Assembly (NCBI GenBank): GCA_976226885.1
Contig: OZ320318.1
Location: 63,922,001-63,986,000, forward strand
From: Iphione sp. A-MEVVRFRX5
Lineage: Eukaryota
Direction: 5' to 3'
DNA length: 64,000 nucleotides
Shown here: positions 14,201 through 28,410 of the stretch, in pieces
Layout of the letters: the number at the start of each line of letters is the position of its first letter
Numbering within the stretch: the first letter of the stretch is position 1
Notes under the pieces: generated by a model
Databases searched by the model: none
Told to the model about the DNA's origin: nothing
The model's input: only the letters and a program-made list of their open reading frames with translations
Position numbers and translations under genes: made by a program

Positions 14201-15059
14201 GTGTACATATGTTAATGACTAATCTGCTTAGATTGGCATTTAAATGAGATTGATGGAAAGAAAGAGCGGGAAACGAGGCAGACGAACGATTGACAGCCAC
14301 ACTTTCATGAAGATGGAGAGACGTGGAGAGGGGAAACAAATACTGGCATAGTAACGGCAAATCGATGCTTTAGTTAAAACGGATCACTCTCAGATGCGAC
14401 ATTTTCTTTATTGTATAGGGTTAAGGCCTCTTCTTCGTGCAAGTAGTACGTAGGGAATTCTTGTGCATTTCCTTCTGCATGTGTTCTTTTATTTACTCGA
14501 TGCGCTCAAGCACGTGTGAATAGATGCACATGCTCCTACCGACCCTCTTGTGTACATTCACAGAGGCATATATTTCCAGCCACACGTACACACATGTACA
14601 CGATTAGACAGTTGGTTCAATACTAATAGGAAGCAGCAGGGCAGCAAGTTACCCGACACATGCGACTAGCAGGCGTCGGGGCCTAACCGGGCGTTATAGA
14701 GTGCCCTGTAGGTAGAGGTGAAGTGCCGGGCCCAAATCTGAGCTTCCCTCCCCAGTCCCCGTCTTCGGGAGGTAATAAAACTACTGAACCCATCAGAAAT
14801 TAAAAGAGGACAGCTAACCCGTCAAGAAAGCCCCCCAAAAAGAACAGGGCATATTTTGACAGATAGTCAGTTGAGAGAATGGGCGGGAAAATAAGAAGAA
14901 ATAGCCCCTATTCACAAGTAGAGTAACATAACGATTCACCCACAGCAACGCTTAAATAACCACTGTGTCCTTTTTGTGTTCACATTGATTAATATATTGC
15001 ATGCCATCGGTGGGAGATTGTAACTTTATACATGTAGGACGAGGCCACAAAAAGTGCAC

Positions 15060-15410
15060 CGACAGTGCCGCCGTTGCCATCTTCTGAGTGTTGTCGTTTA
15101 CGATTAAATAATGCCGCCCCGCTGGTGGTAGATAGCAGCCCGTGGTATTTTAGAGGAGGCCACGCCAGATACGTGATTGAGATGATGAAAAATGGCATCG
15201 CTACACGATGACACCATTGCATTTTCGCACCTCTTGTCTTCATTTGTATATCCTCGTGTTTGTTTCAGCCCGGCGCTTGTAATGTATTCCATCCTCATTA
15301 GGCCGAATAGACATTTTTATCTCCAATCCAGCATGCGCCTCGACTTCGTCCCGCCTCAGGCACCTACGTGTAAATCAATTATGCTGCGTAGCAAACCTTA
15401 AATAATTAAA
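15060..15410 (-). mobile_element. Decayed RTE-clade LINE 3' remnant
   Basis: VCYAA*L, KCLFGLMRME, TNED and HLNHVSGVASSKIPRAAIY are collinear with RTE LLYAAETW / RCLR.IL / TNEEV / GHVSRM...IPK.ALY. Confidence 0.4.
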
Positions 15411-18400
15411 TGTACCCAGCACGATCCCATTAACGGAACTATAATACTGCAATGGATTTAGCCTTGAGATTTTTCGTTAATTTCTAAATATACTTTGACG
15501 CGGCGCGCTGGTTCTAATCATTTCGTGAAGTAAACAACAGTGCAGCCTGGTCGTATCGTGTCCTAACACGACCCCTATAGGCCCCCTTCTCTCAAATAGA
15601 ACTTCAGTCGACGTGAGAATCTCACCCGCCTATATCCTCGCCAGAGCACACACTGCGAGGGAAGTGGGCTCGTCCCCTTGGGCACCAAAAAGTCAACACC
15701 TTTCCTGTGAAGTCCAGAAAGAAGCTACACACTACCAAATGGACGCAAAGAACCGATTCAGGCCTTTGATTGGCATTGTGTACTTGTAGAACCCGCATTG
15801 TGTCGGTGTTACCCCCAAAGCGGGAAGGAGCCGCCGTCGTTCAGAAAGACCACAATAAAAGCTCTGTTCACTGCATGTATAGCGGCGCGGTGTTCACGAC
15901 CGTGCATATATGCCAACCATAATCCATCCTTTCGAGGTTCAATGCTGCAAGTAGGGTGGGCGTTGGCTTGATGACTGATGAGAAAAAGCAGGTGGGCCTG
16001 GAGAAGAGGCAGGTTGTAGAAACAATTTTCTTCGGTCAGGTAATGTCGTCGATAAATGTAATGAGATCAGCTTGAAAGAGCGTGCACCCCACACAATTAT
16101 GTGTGTGTTGCACTATAGAAAATATCACTTTAAGATACATATAAGGCGTTTCTCCAGCATTTTTACTTTTTGTGTGTATTAGAAGTTTTTTTGTATTAGA
16201 AGTAAACGGTCAGCAGATAAAACATCCTTTATCTTTTCTGTGGACATGTACATGCATGATTCTGTGTGCAAACTCTGATGTCTTTCCAAATGCTTTCTTT
16301 GATCAAGCAGTCCGTTTAAAACCGGAGCATGCCTCAAAAATAAAATTATCTTTCCTTTTATGACATTATTTCCTTCTCTGTTTCTCGATGTAGGCATGTA
16401 TATGATCGTCTTGTTTGTCTGTTTATACGGCTGTGGTGAGTGTGGGCCTCACGTTTCTCACTCGGCCGCCCTGTTCCTATCCGTCTATTGTATAGACGTC
16501 TAGGCGCTTGAAACACACCTTGAAACCTAGAGGCAATGTCTGGGTGTTTTCAGTGTCAGACTGGAACACCGGTAAGTACCGAGGTGTTCGCCGAGGGTTT
16601 ACTAGTTCATCATTGTGAAAGTGTAACAAAGCAGTAAATTACTGGAGGCTCAACATGCAAAAAAGACAGCAGACGACAATGCGATTTCAAATACATGTAT
16701 GATTAACGTGCTGGGGTGCACACCTGGGGCGACGGTGTTTATCAGAAGGGAAGAACTGCAGGAGCGGTGGAGGGAGACGAAAGCTTCAAGAATGTTTGAC
16801 AAATCGGGGACGAATTTTATGGATCGCGGAAGACAGTTTTAATAGGTGTTTGCGGTAAGTTAGGTAAGAAACGCATAGATTACATTAAGTTCGCATAAAG
16901 GACGAGATAGGGGGATAGACTGACAGACAAAATGGGAAAAATAATGTTGCAGCCTCAGAAACAATTGCAAGATAAACTGATAGCACGCCTGCAGAAAAAG
17001 GAGCAGACGGACACGTCTAGAAAGAAACATAAGAGTGTGCTCTTTTTTCCCTTAGCCTGTGATGAGTAACGTAAACTCACCGCACAAATTTAAAACGGAA
17101 AAAGGCGTAGTGGTGGCCAAGCAAAAGAAACATTAAAACTGGACGAGTAAAACAAAGAACGACAGAACGCTGTAATAATCGGTGGACTAATGTATCGGAT
17201 CTCTTTGTTTCCAATGAGAAAGAAGGGAGAAAAGGCGGGCTAATCTTTCTCCGAGCCAACCAACCTGTTTCTGACCTTTATCCAACTCTTTGTTTACCTG
17301 TAGAGAGTAGCTCAGCCTTTGATGAAGATGTATGGAGTGACTAGAGCCGTGACCTTTGCAGTCCGAATGCCTCACATCCGTACAAGTGCCCTAGCTTTAC
17401 CTCGATAGACTGTATATAATGGGACTGAGTATTACCTTCATCGAGTTTGATGTGACTCAAAGGGAGCTAGAGCCAGAACTACAATTTTTTGTGTTTTGCT
17501 TCGCTGCTAACGCCCCAGAAAACTATAACGTACGTGTACCAGCATCTTTCGTTTTGTTTTTATGTCGGTGTAATTTTGCAGGAATAATTTGTAAGATTTT
17601 GGTGGTGAAGCCATTTGAAAGTCTCTCTTTCATTACCCATGGCAATGCAGTTGACCTTTGTGACCAACTGCCTCAAGTCCTCCAGCAAGTGGGCACGACG
17701 AAGAGCACGCGTCTATTATTCAACAGAATGCTTCCCTGGGACGACCGTCAGGCAAGGCCACCGACTTGCTAATTTTCCTTTGATCCCCCAAACCGTGACT
17801 GCGTTTCAGAGTCTAGGCTGACATAATTTGTTGTATCATACATACCAAACTTCGTGTATATACATACATAATCTGAAAAAGCTTTCATAAAAAAGGCATA
17901 GCGTAAAGGGTCGATACTAGGTGACTAAAAAACAAGTGCCAAAACTGTAATTTTTTTCCCAAAAATAATGAATGCCTCTTGGCTGGTCTTCACCACGCAG
18001 GCGCGAGGTGTTGTTGTGTGGCAGTGACCCCTGACGTTGGTCAGAGGAACCACACAGGTGGTGTCCTGTTGTTATCTTGACGACGACGATACATGCAGCG
18101 GGTATGTCATAAAAGAGCAGATCTGACGTTTATTGCCTGTTGATGGAGAAGATCTGCAATTGTTCACGACCGAATGACTAGACTAAATATGAGGAGGCTG
18201 GAAGTGATTTTCCGTTGATAACATGTTGACAGTGTTTGGTCTTTGAAAGGACACAGCTCAGAGAGTAAAACATCTGTTCTCACGGCGAGACGTTTTAATA
18301 TCGTTGGATGAAAAAGTTTGATGTATATACTGTATATATCTATATATATATGGTATATAGTTTTAAAGCTGTTAATTAAGTTCACTCAACAAAAGTCTCA

Positions 18401-20525
18401 AATAAGCTACATGCCCTCTTTATAATTTTTTCCTCAGAATTTTTCAGTTCTCGTCTATTGACATTTTACTATGATGATATATGACTCGTAAGTAATTTTG
18501 TTATACTTTCAAATAGAACATCTCAGATTTTGTCGCATACTTCCCATTTTCGGTTAATGAGAAATCCTAGTATGTATTCTAGACGTATATGGCTCCATCA
18601 GGACAAAATATATCAAAATCAATTGGAAATTGACCATGAATGAAACTGGAGCTGCTCCTTTCCAGTGTCCGTCGTTTCATCCCGCGTCATTGATTGATAT
18701 CCAGGAGAGAAATTTCCCAGATATGATAAAAATGTGATTATAAAGGACCAGAGGACTGTACTTTGACTACACTTTCACCATTCACCACTTTAACCCGAAG
18801 TATTGATTGATGTCTTGTCGAGAGGGAGCTGATGGATATAATAAATGGTGATGTTAGAGAAAAGGACGGTTGCACTTTGCACTATCAGGCGTCAGCGGCA
18901 CGTGTGTACCCACAATACATCCGCGGGCCACATTTCACAGCGACTACGCACAGCGCACGCGCATTCCTCCTCAACCTGCTGGCCGCCCCCCGGCAGCACA
19001 GAGGGAAACTACAAAGGGCCCCGACAGGAGGACGGGAGTGACACGGCTGATGCCCTGAGGCTGTAATAAAGCGGTCATTGCGGCCATTTTGAGAGAAAAC
19101 ACAAATATTAAATTCCCGCCTTGACATAAGCCATCCGGGCTGCTCATTGAAAGGCTGGCCCTCTCACGTTGGTCCTCCACCCCGCCCACCCGTCCATGTC
19201 CGCTCCTCTAGGGGTCTCTCTGCCAGACGCCAGACAATGGGAGGGCTGCTTAGGATACTTAGGATGGGTGGGGGTATAGGGGGAGGGATTTGGAGGAAGC
19301 AGGAGGCAGGAGGCCGGATGAAGTCGCCTTGGTGAGGGATCACAATCATCAAAAGTATCAGGAGAAGAGGATTGCCACCACGGACTTCTTTTCTCCGTCC
19401 AGACGGCTTAGAGAGCTAATATCACGTGACAGGCTCATTGTCATATCAAAAGAGGAGCGCGATTCAGACACCTCGGTGGCCCGGCGGAAGATGACGGTGA
19501 CCCTTGTAACAGAAGGGTAACCTTAGCACGCTATGTTATTGACCTGCTGACATGAGCCACTCGTTTGAAATGGGAGCCATACGAGGCCTTTGTGTCGGTG
19601 AAGTTTTCTTTGTATGCACTGTTAAACGCTGTCAGCATTGCTACAGCTTCTTGCCTAACAGCGATCAGGAGCTCTCTCTATATAGTGTTCATAGCCGTGA
19701 AAGGAGACAGTCTCAAAAGGGGATGCGACGTTGATTCAGGTGTCTCTTTCTGTCATTATTATCCCAAATAACCGTCGTCAAATGCCCCATGAATTAATTG
19801 GAAATAGACAGAAATAAAAATGATATAGGATACATGTATATATATAGGTATAGTCATCAGTAGATAATCGGTTTGCTTGATGCAACGTGACATATTGATT
19901 GGCTTATCTGTGGGTCAGGCGGCCCATACTTGCGTGCTAGGAGCTTCTGGTGAGCAGGAATGGATGGCTGGGGTAGGCGGCACGCATGGCAAGTAGTGCT
20001 CGTCTGTGGCTGGAGACCCTCGCTTTTCTCGTTGTCAGCTATCGTATTCACATCCAACGCACTAACACGATCGCCGTCATAGCCTCCTGGTTAGGGCCGA
20101 ATCGCTGCAAAATGCAGACATATCAGAGCACATAGACACGTATATCGCTCTATTTTCAAGACCTATTCCAGACGGATGCTGCAATGTATGGCTCTTTTGA
20201 TTCATCTTCGTGTTTTTTTGCAAGCACAATAAAAACAATCCTCAGCCTGTCCCGTCCCAATCATATAATCCGTCTAGTACTTTTTTAAAGCCAAGATATG
20301 ATTATTAAATCTCGGGAGCCATATAGCTGCATTCCTTTCAAAGATAAATATCCGCTGTGAACGTTTTATAGAGTTTTATGTTATTGTTTTTACGTCAGAA
20401 GTCAAAATTTTATCCCAGACCTATATGGATGATAAAGGCTTAGTGTCACATAGTCTAAAAAGATCATATAACTGCACTCTATAAAATATATATGTAAATA
20501 ATATGAGGATGTTGTAGTAGTGTTA

Positions 20526-20878
20526 GGGGAGTTGGTGGACCAGTGCTAGTCAGCACTCTTACCAGCTGAGCTGATTGAGAAGTCAAATGTTCAGTCCTTG
20601 GCCTGGGACTCTTCATCACCAGACTGGTTTACTGTAACCCCAACCCAGAATAGTTCACAATTTGTAATAAAGGTCATGAGTGTATAGGATTTTGTCCCCT
20701 GTGCAAAAAGACCCTAGGAATCTGTTCCAAATAAGAGTAGGGGACAACCCCAGATATTCTAGGCTCTCAGTTCTCCATAATAGGTGGTAGTATGCTACCC
20801 CAGAAGCATATGGAAGGACAGCTAAAAATGTTAGCTAAAATCTAGTTCCTGTTTACAGATAAAATGAAAATGAAATGA
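20526..20878 (+). mobile_element. tRNA-headed SINE, near full length, with (AAATG)n tail
   Basis: Aligns over about 330 nt with the copies at 22128 and 31141. Has a Pol III A/B-box-like head, core aaaagaccc...aataagagtaggggacaacccc, and tail aaaatgaaaatgaaatg. Confidence 0.8.
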
Positions 20879-22127
20879 AGAATAAATTATCTATAGATGG
20901 AATCAAACATATTGATTGCCTTAAATTCCTGCAAGGTTACTCGCTTGGTGAGACGTTGTAGACCTTAGATTGAGGTCGGTCATTTTTGCAGCTGGCTCTA
21001 TGCTAATGATTCAGTCCTGGCCCTTCACCCATCCACACGACCCTCAGGCCCACCAGGGAGCAGTGCTAGGTGGATGATTAGCCTCCCAGCCAATCTGGTG
21101 GCAATTTGCCTTTTAATAAAAGTTTTGCTGTTCTTGCCAGCGTTCACGTGTGATGTGGGCCTTTAGCCATTCCCCTCAAGACCACGGCCGTCGAAAACCT
21201 CCTACCTGCTAATGCGATTTTCAACCGTCCATTTGGCTGGCTAAGAAGGTACTTCAGATGCATTCAAATTTGTCCCTCGCATCACAGAGAACGTTTTACC
21301 CTCACGGTACCCGGCTGGATGTATTCCAGTTCAGTGTTCACTTTGGTGAATTTGCATTTCCTGCCATTCAGGAGTGTGCGTGTGATTTATTGCAGCGAAC
21401 GGTTAAGGCAAAATGAAAATGACAGGAAGAAGCGGAAGAGGTAGCAATTAACCGCGGCAGCGAGCAGCACAAAAGACATCCCAAGCATCTGGGCGATCGG
21501 ACCAAAATTGGAAAATGAAATAACGAAGGTTTTACAGAGATTAGTGTAATCGGCATTAAACTGAGTCGGCCTCATGCTCTGCACGTTGTGACGGTATTAA
21601 CCAAGTAAAGTAGGAATTTACTGCTAGGAATTAATAGCCTGTTCCTGCATTAGCTTTGAACTGAATGGTGGCATTTCAGATTGAGACATTTGTATCTGCT
21701 TTCGAACCCCCACCCCTCCAACCGTTACTTTTGTAGAAGCGTATACGCAAATGGAAGAACGATATTTGATCTTTCATTCTGTAATCTCCACTGTGGTTCA
21801 AATTGACTTGTGCTTACGAGAAGGAGTACATGTAGTACAGGAAATTATTTATCACTTTTGTTGTCCCCGGCCTCATAGAGTAGGGGAGGGAGGGACCTAG
21901 GAACACTGCTGTCTCACCGTCCGACCCTCTATTTTGTGGGTGTTTCTTCTCCTAAGCTATCAGCACAAATTCAGTTGTTTCTTGATATGATATTGTATTA
22001 CATGTATATGGACACGTTCCATTGGTTTATTTCTGTCATTTTTAAGTAACATAAAAGTCACATTAACGTATTTTGATAGGTGTCAAGGAATGGAGCTTTC
22101 ATAGTCTGTTCACTGCTTTGCGAGACA

Positions 22128-22396
22128 GGACTCTTGATCATACTGTAGCCCCAATCCAGAGTAGTCCACAACTTGTAAAAAGGCCATGCGTGTACAGGAT
22201 TCTGTCCTTTATTAAAAAAAAAATACCCCAGAAACCTATTTGAAATAAGACTAGGGGCCAGCCCGGGTAATCTGGTCTCTCAATTCTCAATAATACATGT
22301 AGATAGTAGTATGCTACCCTAGGGAGGATATAGAAGAACCCTGTCATGATGATAGTTGAATATATTCCTGGTTAAAGATGCAATGAAATGAAATGA
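22128..22396 (+). mobile_element. 5'-truncated copy of the same SINE
   Basis: Shares ggactcttga...actgtagccccaa...gtccacaacttgtaaaaaggccatg...gtagtatgctacc...ttcctggttaaagatgcaatgaaatgaaatg with the other copies. Confidence 0.8.
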
Positions 22397-23299
22397 CTAA
22401 TTAGTTCCACTCGATTGAACAGCAAGCAGGGGACGATGTACCTCATAGGTCCATGTAGGTGAAGTTGTTTCCAAGGTTATGTCCAGTAATAGTGTACATC
22501 CTCTTCTTTTTCTTTGTTGAATCATAGTTACCCTAACACCCAGATTTATACTTTTTAATAATGGTTGCCGTCTAGAATTGTTAATGCAGGATGTTAATGT
22601 GAATTTTTGATCCGTTGCATCTCAGACCATTAGTTCCCAATGAATCTATGTAAATAGGTCCCTGAATGTTTCTCTTATCTGTATTCTAGTTATAGTTATC
22701 CTTGGTGTAGATAGGCCATAATAGAAGAGTAAAGATGTCCAGGAAGAGGCTTTATTATTATTAAAAAAACATGCATATATATCATTCAAAATGAAAAGAA
22801 AGAATGTTAATGTTGCCAAGCATTATGCCAGTTTACATAGTAAAATATCGACGCAGATTATAGTGACACACACATGAGCAGAATAACATACACGTACAAT
22901 GAATGCGACTACACTCCCCGAGAAAGAACAGCAGTCCAGTTGAGGTACTTGGCTCACAAGCTACAGGAATATAACTTCCTTGAGTATGAGTCTGGGTTAA
23001 TAGGTACTACACCAATACAGTCATGCTGTCAGGCAAAAAGATGAATAACCATGCACAATGGGAAGTCCAGGACCTAATGTCCGGCAAGTACATATTGATA
23101 AAAATATTCACTCACAGAGAGTGAAACTGCCGTCGTTTCGGTTCAGAGGCAGAGCTAAAAGGTAGCCCAAGTCGTAAACCACTATGCATTTACCGCATGT
23201 AGTAGGTGGTGGAACAGGTACTGGAGATTATTTATACATATTAGAAACCAGAATGCCATCTAAATAAATTCAGTCGTGTTTCCTCATGGTCAATATCTG

Positions 23300-23560
23300 T
23301 TTTCATTTCTTGACGGAAAGTAAACCCTCTAGACCCCACCAAAGGCGTGGATGCAACGATTGTAACTTCTCAGCGCTGGCACCACTGGAGCTGGGTGCGT
23401 CAAGCAGTCTGTGTATTTACACTGGAATTCGGTCAGATTCGTTTGCACATAAACGAAAAGCACATCTGGTCGATCGGCCACCCACTGCTGCTCTTTCGTG
23501 GGTTTGTCAAGATTTTCCCGAGATAATATTACTCAACAGCCCAACATTTCTTTTGGACGC
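23300..23560 (+). mobile_element. Possible LINE endonuclease remnant
   Basis: HLVDRPPT...EIILL resembles YRPP...EIILLGDFN; weak. Confidence 0.22.
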
Positions 23561-23859
23561 AGATTAGATTTACCGAGCTCGACACTTTGGGGTAAATTCT
23601 TAAGGTTTAAGGATCAAGACGGTCCAATAGGTTGGAGGGGCGAAGATACTGTATCCGTGTTGAGTGTATAGAGATGTCTCAGCAGGAAAGGGTTGGCGGC
23701 AGCTTTTGTAGAAAGTAAATTGTTTACTCAGGGTCAGGAGGAGCTTAGCCCAAATCTCTTGAATGGGGCTGGCAGTAAAGGGCAGACACCTACAGAACTG
23801 GGACCTAACCTTTTCATGCTGAAAGCTCCTAGCATGAAAGGTTCTGTACAGAGACGGGG

Positions 23860-23913
23860 CACACACGCACACGCACACACATACATTACATACATACATA
23901 CATACATACATAC
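23860..23913. repeat. (CA)n/(ACAT)n microsatellite
   Basis: Seen directly. Confidence 0.9.
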
Positions 23914-26900
23914 AGACGTATAACATATACAAACAAAGGCATTCAGCCAATCGACTTTGTGAATAGTTGTAGAATAGAATGAACTTGTCTTTTCTACTTT
24001 CTGAGAACACCTACATAGTACATGTATATGGTCAGATGATGTGGTACTGTGGCCGTTACAAGGAATAAGGCGAATATTTTGGCAACCAACTCAAATACAT
24101 GCAGGTATTGACATACATACAAGCATCTCTACCCGAAACTGCCTCCTGTTAGCATCTACAGTTTAAAGCATATTGTAGTTCGGAGGTACCGATGACTGGC
24201 TGTCTTTACATTACTTGGCTGTCTGACTGAGGAATGCCAGGCATGCAAGTCACGCATCCTTTGGCAAGATGTGCATACGTCGTCTACTAGCTGTGCACTG
24301 ACTAAGGCCATTGTCGGTCAGTTGTATTGACCATTAGGTTGACTGGCAGGTACAATGCTTAGCGTGCTTTCATTAATGGCTAACGATCGCGGCTATTGCA
24401 AAGTCCTGCGGCCGAACGCACTGGGTCAGGAACGTCAGCCTGCGACCAAGAGCCAATCAAATATTTGAGACCAAAACGATCCATTCTGTCTGACATCGCC
24501 TACAATTCCGGGTCAAGTTAGCTCTACTTGTCATGGTTACCAAACGCACTGGATGGATGGACCCTGATGCGATTCCACACATAAGAAATCAATTCAGGTG
24601 CATGTATTTTTATGTACTATTAACTAGGCAGGTATCTCTTTTAATCTTACATTTTTTCCGTTGGAAGGGACGTTTTGGAGATGTGACAAGGTCCCAGATT
24701 CCTTGTCGCATTGTTGTTATGGAGCTGAAGTTTTCTGGGTCAGTCTGACATTGAGAAAGGTCAAACGGCCTGGTCATTGTTCTGCTCGCGCGTGTGCAAT
24801 ATGGCGGCCGTCCGGCGGATATTACTCACTGTTTACATCTGCTTCCCCTAGGGGGCGGGACGGTCACGTGGACAAACTAATTATCCGTCTGATGATTAGT
24901 GTTCGAACCGGCCACTTGCTTTAATTATGAAATGATCAGTCGGCGGTCGACTGGAAAAGTCAACCATCGACCCGATGACCCTACCTGCTGGTCAGGGTCA
25001 CTAGGCTTTCGTTATCATTGCCAAACCGAAATGTCATTGCATTCTGTAAGGGAACCATATCAAATGGCGATGGCGTGCCTTGTGTTTGTTGCCGCCATTC
25101 CCATATTGTTCTTTCGTATTAGATATTATGGTCGTGTTTGGTCCGGCGCGTTGACCCAGCATTCGAGAATATTGCTATGCCATAGACATTTGCTAGGGAG
25201 TCATGTTTGCACCTCTATAGACCCCCAGTGTGACCCAGGGGGTCAAGCATATTGTTGTGCTAACCGGTTCACGCTGGGCTGAGGTAGAGGGCTGGCTCCC
25301 CCAAGCCAGGCACTGGTGGCATCGCTCACGTTCTTGGTACACAACTCTGTTTGTGTACCCACCAGTCTGAAAGGAACTGTGGATGGGGCCGAAGGCTGAG
25401 TTGTGAGCTTGTGTGTACGCGTGTGTTAGGGGGGCAATGGGCTTGGTCAGTCAGGATTGGAGGCAGGGCGTGTCGTGGAAGGTAGGGGGTCGCTGTTTGG
25501 TGTGGAGCGTCCGAAGGGCTGAAGTTGGATGAGGGTATCTGAGAGAGCGGAGATGGTGAAAGAGAATGTCACCGAGAAGGCTGGAACACATGTGTGGCTA
25601 ATATGAGCCGGCCACATGTGGCTGGGTGTGGATATGGGAGATACAGGAACGACCGCCCCCCCCCTCCCCCCAACCTGGGAATACGAAACTCGCAGGGTCG
25701 TATTTGTTCACGTGAGCTTCCACTCGCCTGGATACAAGAAGGAAATAAATATACACGAGGCACACACTGATGTCGATTAAAGGTCTAAACAGTTCTATTG
25801 ATGTGAGTTTCCTTTGTCTTCATGACCAACAAAGTGTCTATGTGTTAGATGCCTGGCGCTTTAGCCTAGGGCTACATCGGAGCCCCTTACTGCTTAAGGA
25901 GCCACAGTTAAGGGGTCAATCCGTCGCAATTGAAACTACTAGGTAGCTGAAGAAAAAAAGTACAAAGAGGAACATTCCAGGTCGGAAGCCTATTAATCAG
26001 TGTGATATATCTTAACAGCTGAGTACCTTATCAGTCAGGCAGAGATGGTTTTCCTAAGCAGGGCTAGTGGTTGCTGAGTCAGGGTAAATACCTTCACACA
26101 TGACTATCAAGCCGCACCAGCTTGATATCTCAGCCATGGATCACGTGTTGTCACGCGTCACCGACGTCAAACAATGACCGCTTTGCGCATGACCGGAAGC
26201 TGTCAGGAGTGCTGGCACGCCTGGTGGACTGACTGGCGCTGAACGGGGGGAAGTGATCAAAATGCAGAACGGACGGCCACATGAATACTGCATGGAAAGG
26301 ACTGGCGCCCGTACCCCTATCAGCGGGAGAAACATGAAACGAATCACGGTCATTAGTTTTGGGGTTGCGGTCGTCGTTGATGTCAGTGTTTGGGTATGGA
26401 GGCGGGGATCCGTCGGCAGAGATCCTCAAGGATCTTTATCTCACGCTAATCACTTCCAGCCATTGTCCCAGGCTCTTTTGTTAGGATCACCATGGCAACG
26501 GGACGCGAAATCCAGTCACTCTCCCCGGACGTGAGTGAAGCACCTGCTCCTGCAACCTTGGGCTAGCCCACACCCCGGTGCGAGAAACCTCCCCGCCCCA
26601 CACACCGCCGCCCTCACCTTACGCCCTTCAGTCTCTACACATATTAGTCCGTAACCCCCAACCCACCCCCTCCCACCCCAATCCCCAGTGTCCCAGTCCG
26701 ATCATTCCCTACCCCATCTGAATGGCATGTCATTTCGTCGGCATGCATTGTGTGTCGATGACAACGTGACGCGTTTTCGTACACGTTGCGTTGTAATTTG
26801 CATATTAATTGCCATCTAGTGGCGGCATGCGCTCGCTAGTTACCCCGTAGGGGGAGCCTCAGGTGCACGCGCTTACCCCACTCCCCCTGGCGTCATTTTC

Positions 26901-28104
26901 CAGGCGCATAATTGCAGATGGAAATCCTTTGTTTTCTTCGCTCCATTTCAATCAAGCTTTAATCCATCTTTCTTCCAGATGCCACCAGGCGGTGTGATTC
27001 ACGTGACTTTCACGTGGGGGCCGATTTAGCCTTCAGGGAGTGTAGGACAAAGGACTAAACGTCCTTTTCGGGCGTGTCGTGGGAGGAGGGCGGCCCAGGG
27101 ATCAGAGCGAGTGACAAGGGCGGGAAGTCATAGTCCACATCGCTGCTCACTTTCCCATCATTAAGACCCAGCCAGGCGCACCTCCAGACGGATCAGTCAC
27201 TTGACAAGTGAACGCGTCATTGGGAACGGGAAACGGGATGACGAATGTTGCTCCGTGTCGGCGAGCGATAGGCCTGCGTAATGATCAATTGTTCACACAG
27301 TAATATCCTCCGACCCGCTCGCCTGGAAAAACAGGCTTTGACATGCTCCTTGATTAATGGCTTTCGTTTTGAAAACCCCTAACTGACAGCCATTTGACAC
27401 AGGTAAATAGAAGTCTGTGATTTTTACCCTCCTAAAACCTACTAACTCGACCATCATTGGGGAATTATGAAGGGATCGTAGTGGTGCTCGTGTTCATATA
27501 TCTTTTTGTGCAGATTGATGCTAAGTTTATTTCTGTATGATATAAAGCAGATTAAACATAGACACTTACTACATGTTCTCCTTTTGGACGAATCATTTTC
27601 AACGAATTGCATGCTCATTCCAGGCTCCTGTTTGGTCCTCCACTTTCGTTAAGGGTGCTTTAGTCCGGTGCGGTATTTCAGAAATACCTCCCCAGAAATT
27701 GAGTTTATTTGGATTTCGGTTTCGTCTTTATTAATCTTCTCTGAGCGATTTACAGTGATTTTTAATATTAACATGGTAAGGTACGTAACCCCAAAAAATA
27801 TAGCTGATCTCATTATCATTATCACAGTAGTCTCACTTTGTAGTGTCTTCTCACATATACATTATACTAGATACAACACCAAGGTACATCGTGAAAAGAG
27901 ATAAATACTGTGGTCCAAAAAGATAAATGTACACGCTCTGCTTAGCACGACAGCTAGAATCACTAAAAATGACACGCAAAAAAACTTTCATTTCAAATGG
28001 ATTCAATGCATCAAAATGCAAGGAAGTGATCAAATACGATTTCTGTGTCACAAAATTATTGGAACATTATGCTTGGTGAGCCAAAGTCCTTGGCACCACT
28101 TAAG

Positions 28105-28410
28105 CTTCTCACTTTAATCACGGATTTACAAATGTCCTCACATAACATATACCAAATACATCACGGAGGAACAATCACGAGTAGGAACGGGTGCAGAATA
28201 TGGTGAATACGGAGCGCAACAAGACTTATTCTGTAAGCATGAGCAAATGTCCCATCGCTGGCGACTTTCACTTTAGCTTGTGTCTATATCACCTTAATCG
28301 CAGTTTGAATAGTCTTCTCACATACCATACCAAATATAACATTGAGGGACATCACGAATGAATATGGAACATAAACTTAATTCACGCGGAGCACAACGGG
28401 ACTGAATATG
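28105..28410. repeat. Diverged tandem duplication, about 180-bp period
   Basis: cactttaatc...ctcacataacatataccaaata...gaggga.catcacga...cggagcgcaac recurs as caccttaatc...ctcacataccataccaaata...gagggacatcacga...cggagcacaac. Confidence 0.7.

Noticed and set aside
20526-20600. tRNA gene at the SINE heads
   Set aside because: Only A/B-box remnants; no complete cloverleaf, and the sequence continues into the SINE body.
24740-24810. TLRKVKR resembling TMEM132 TLRAKVKKG
   Set aside because: Would need a GAG acceptor; no suitable donor and no further similarity.
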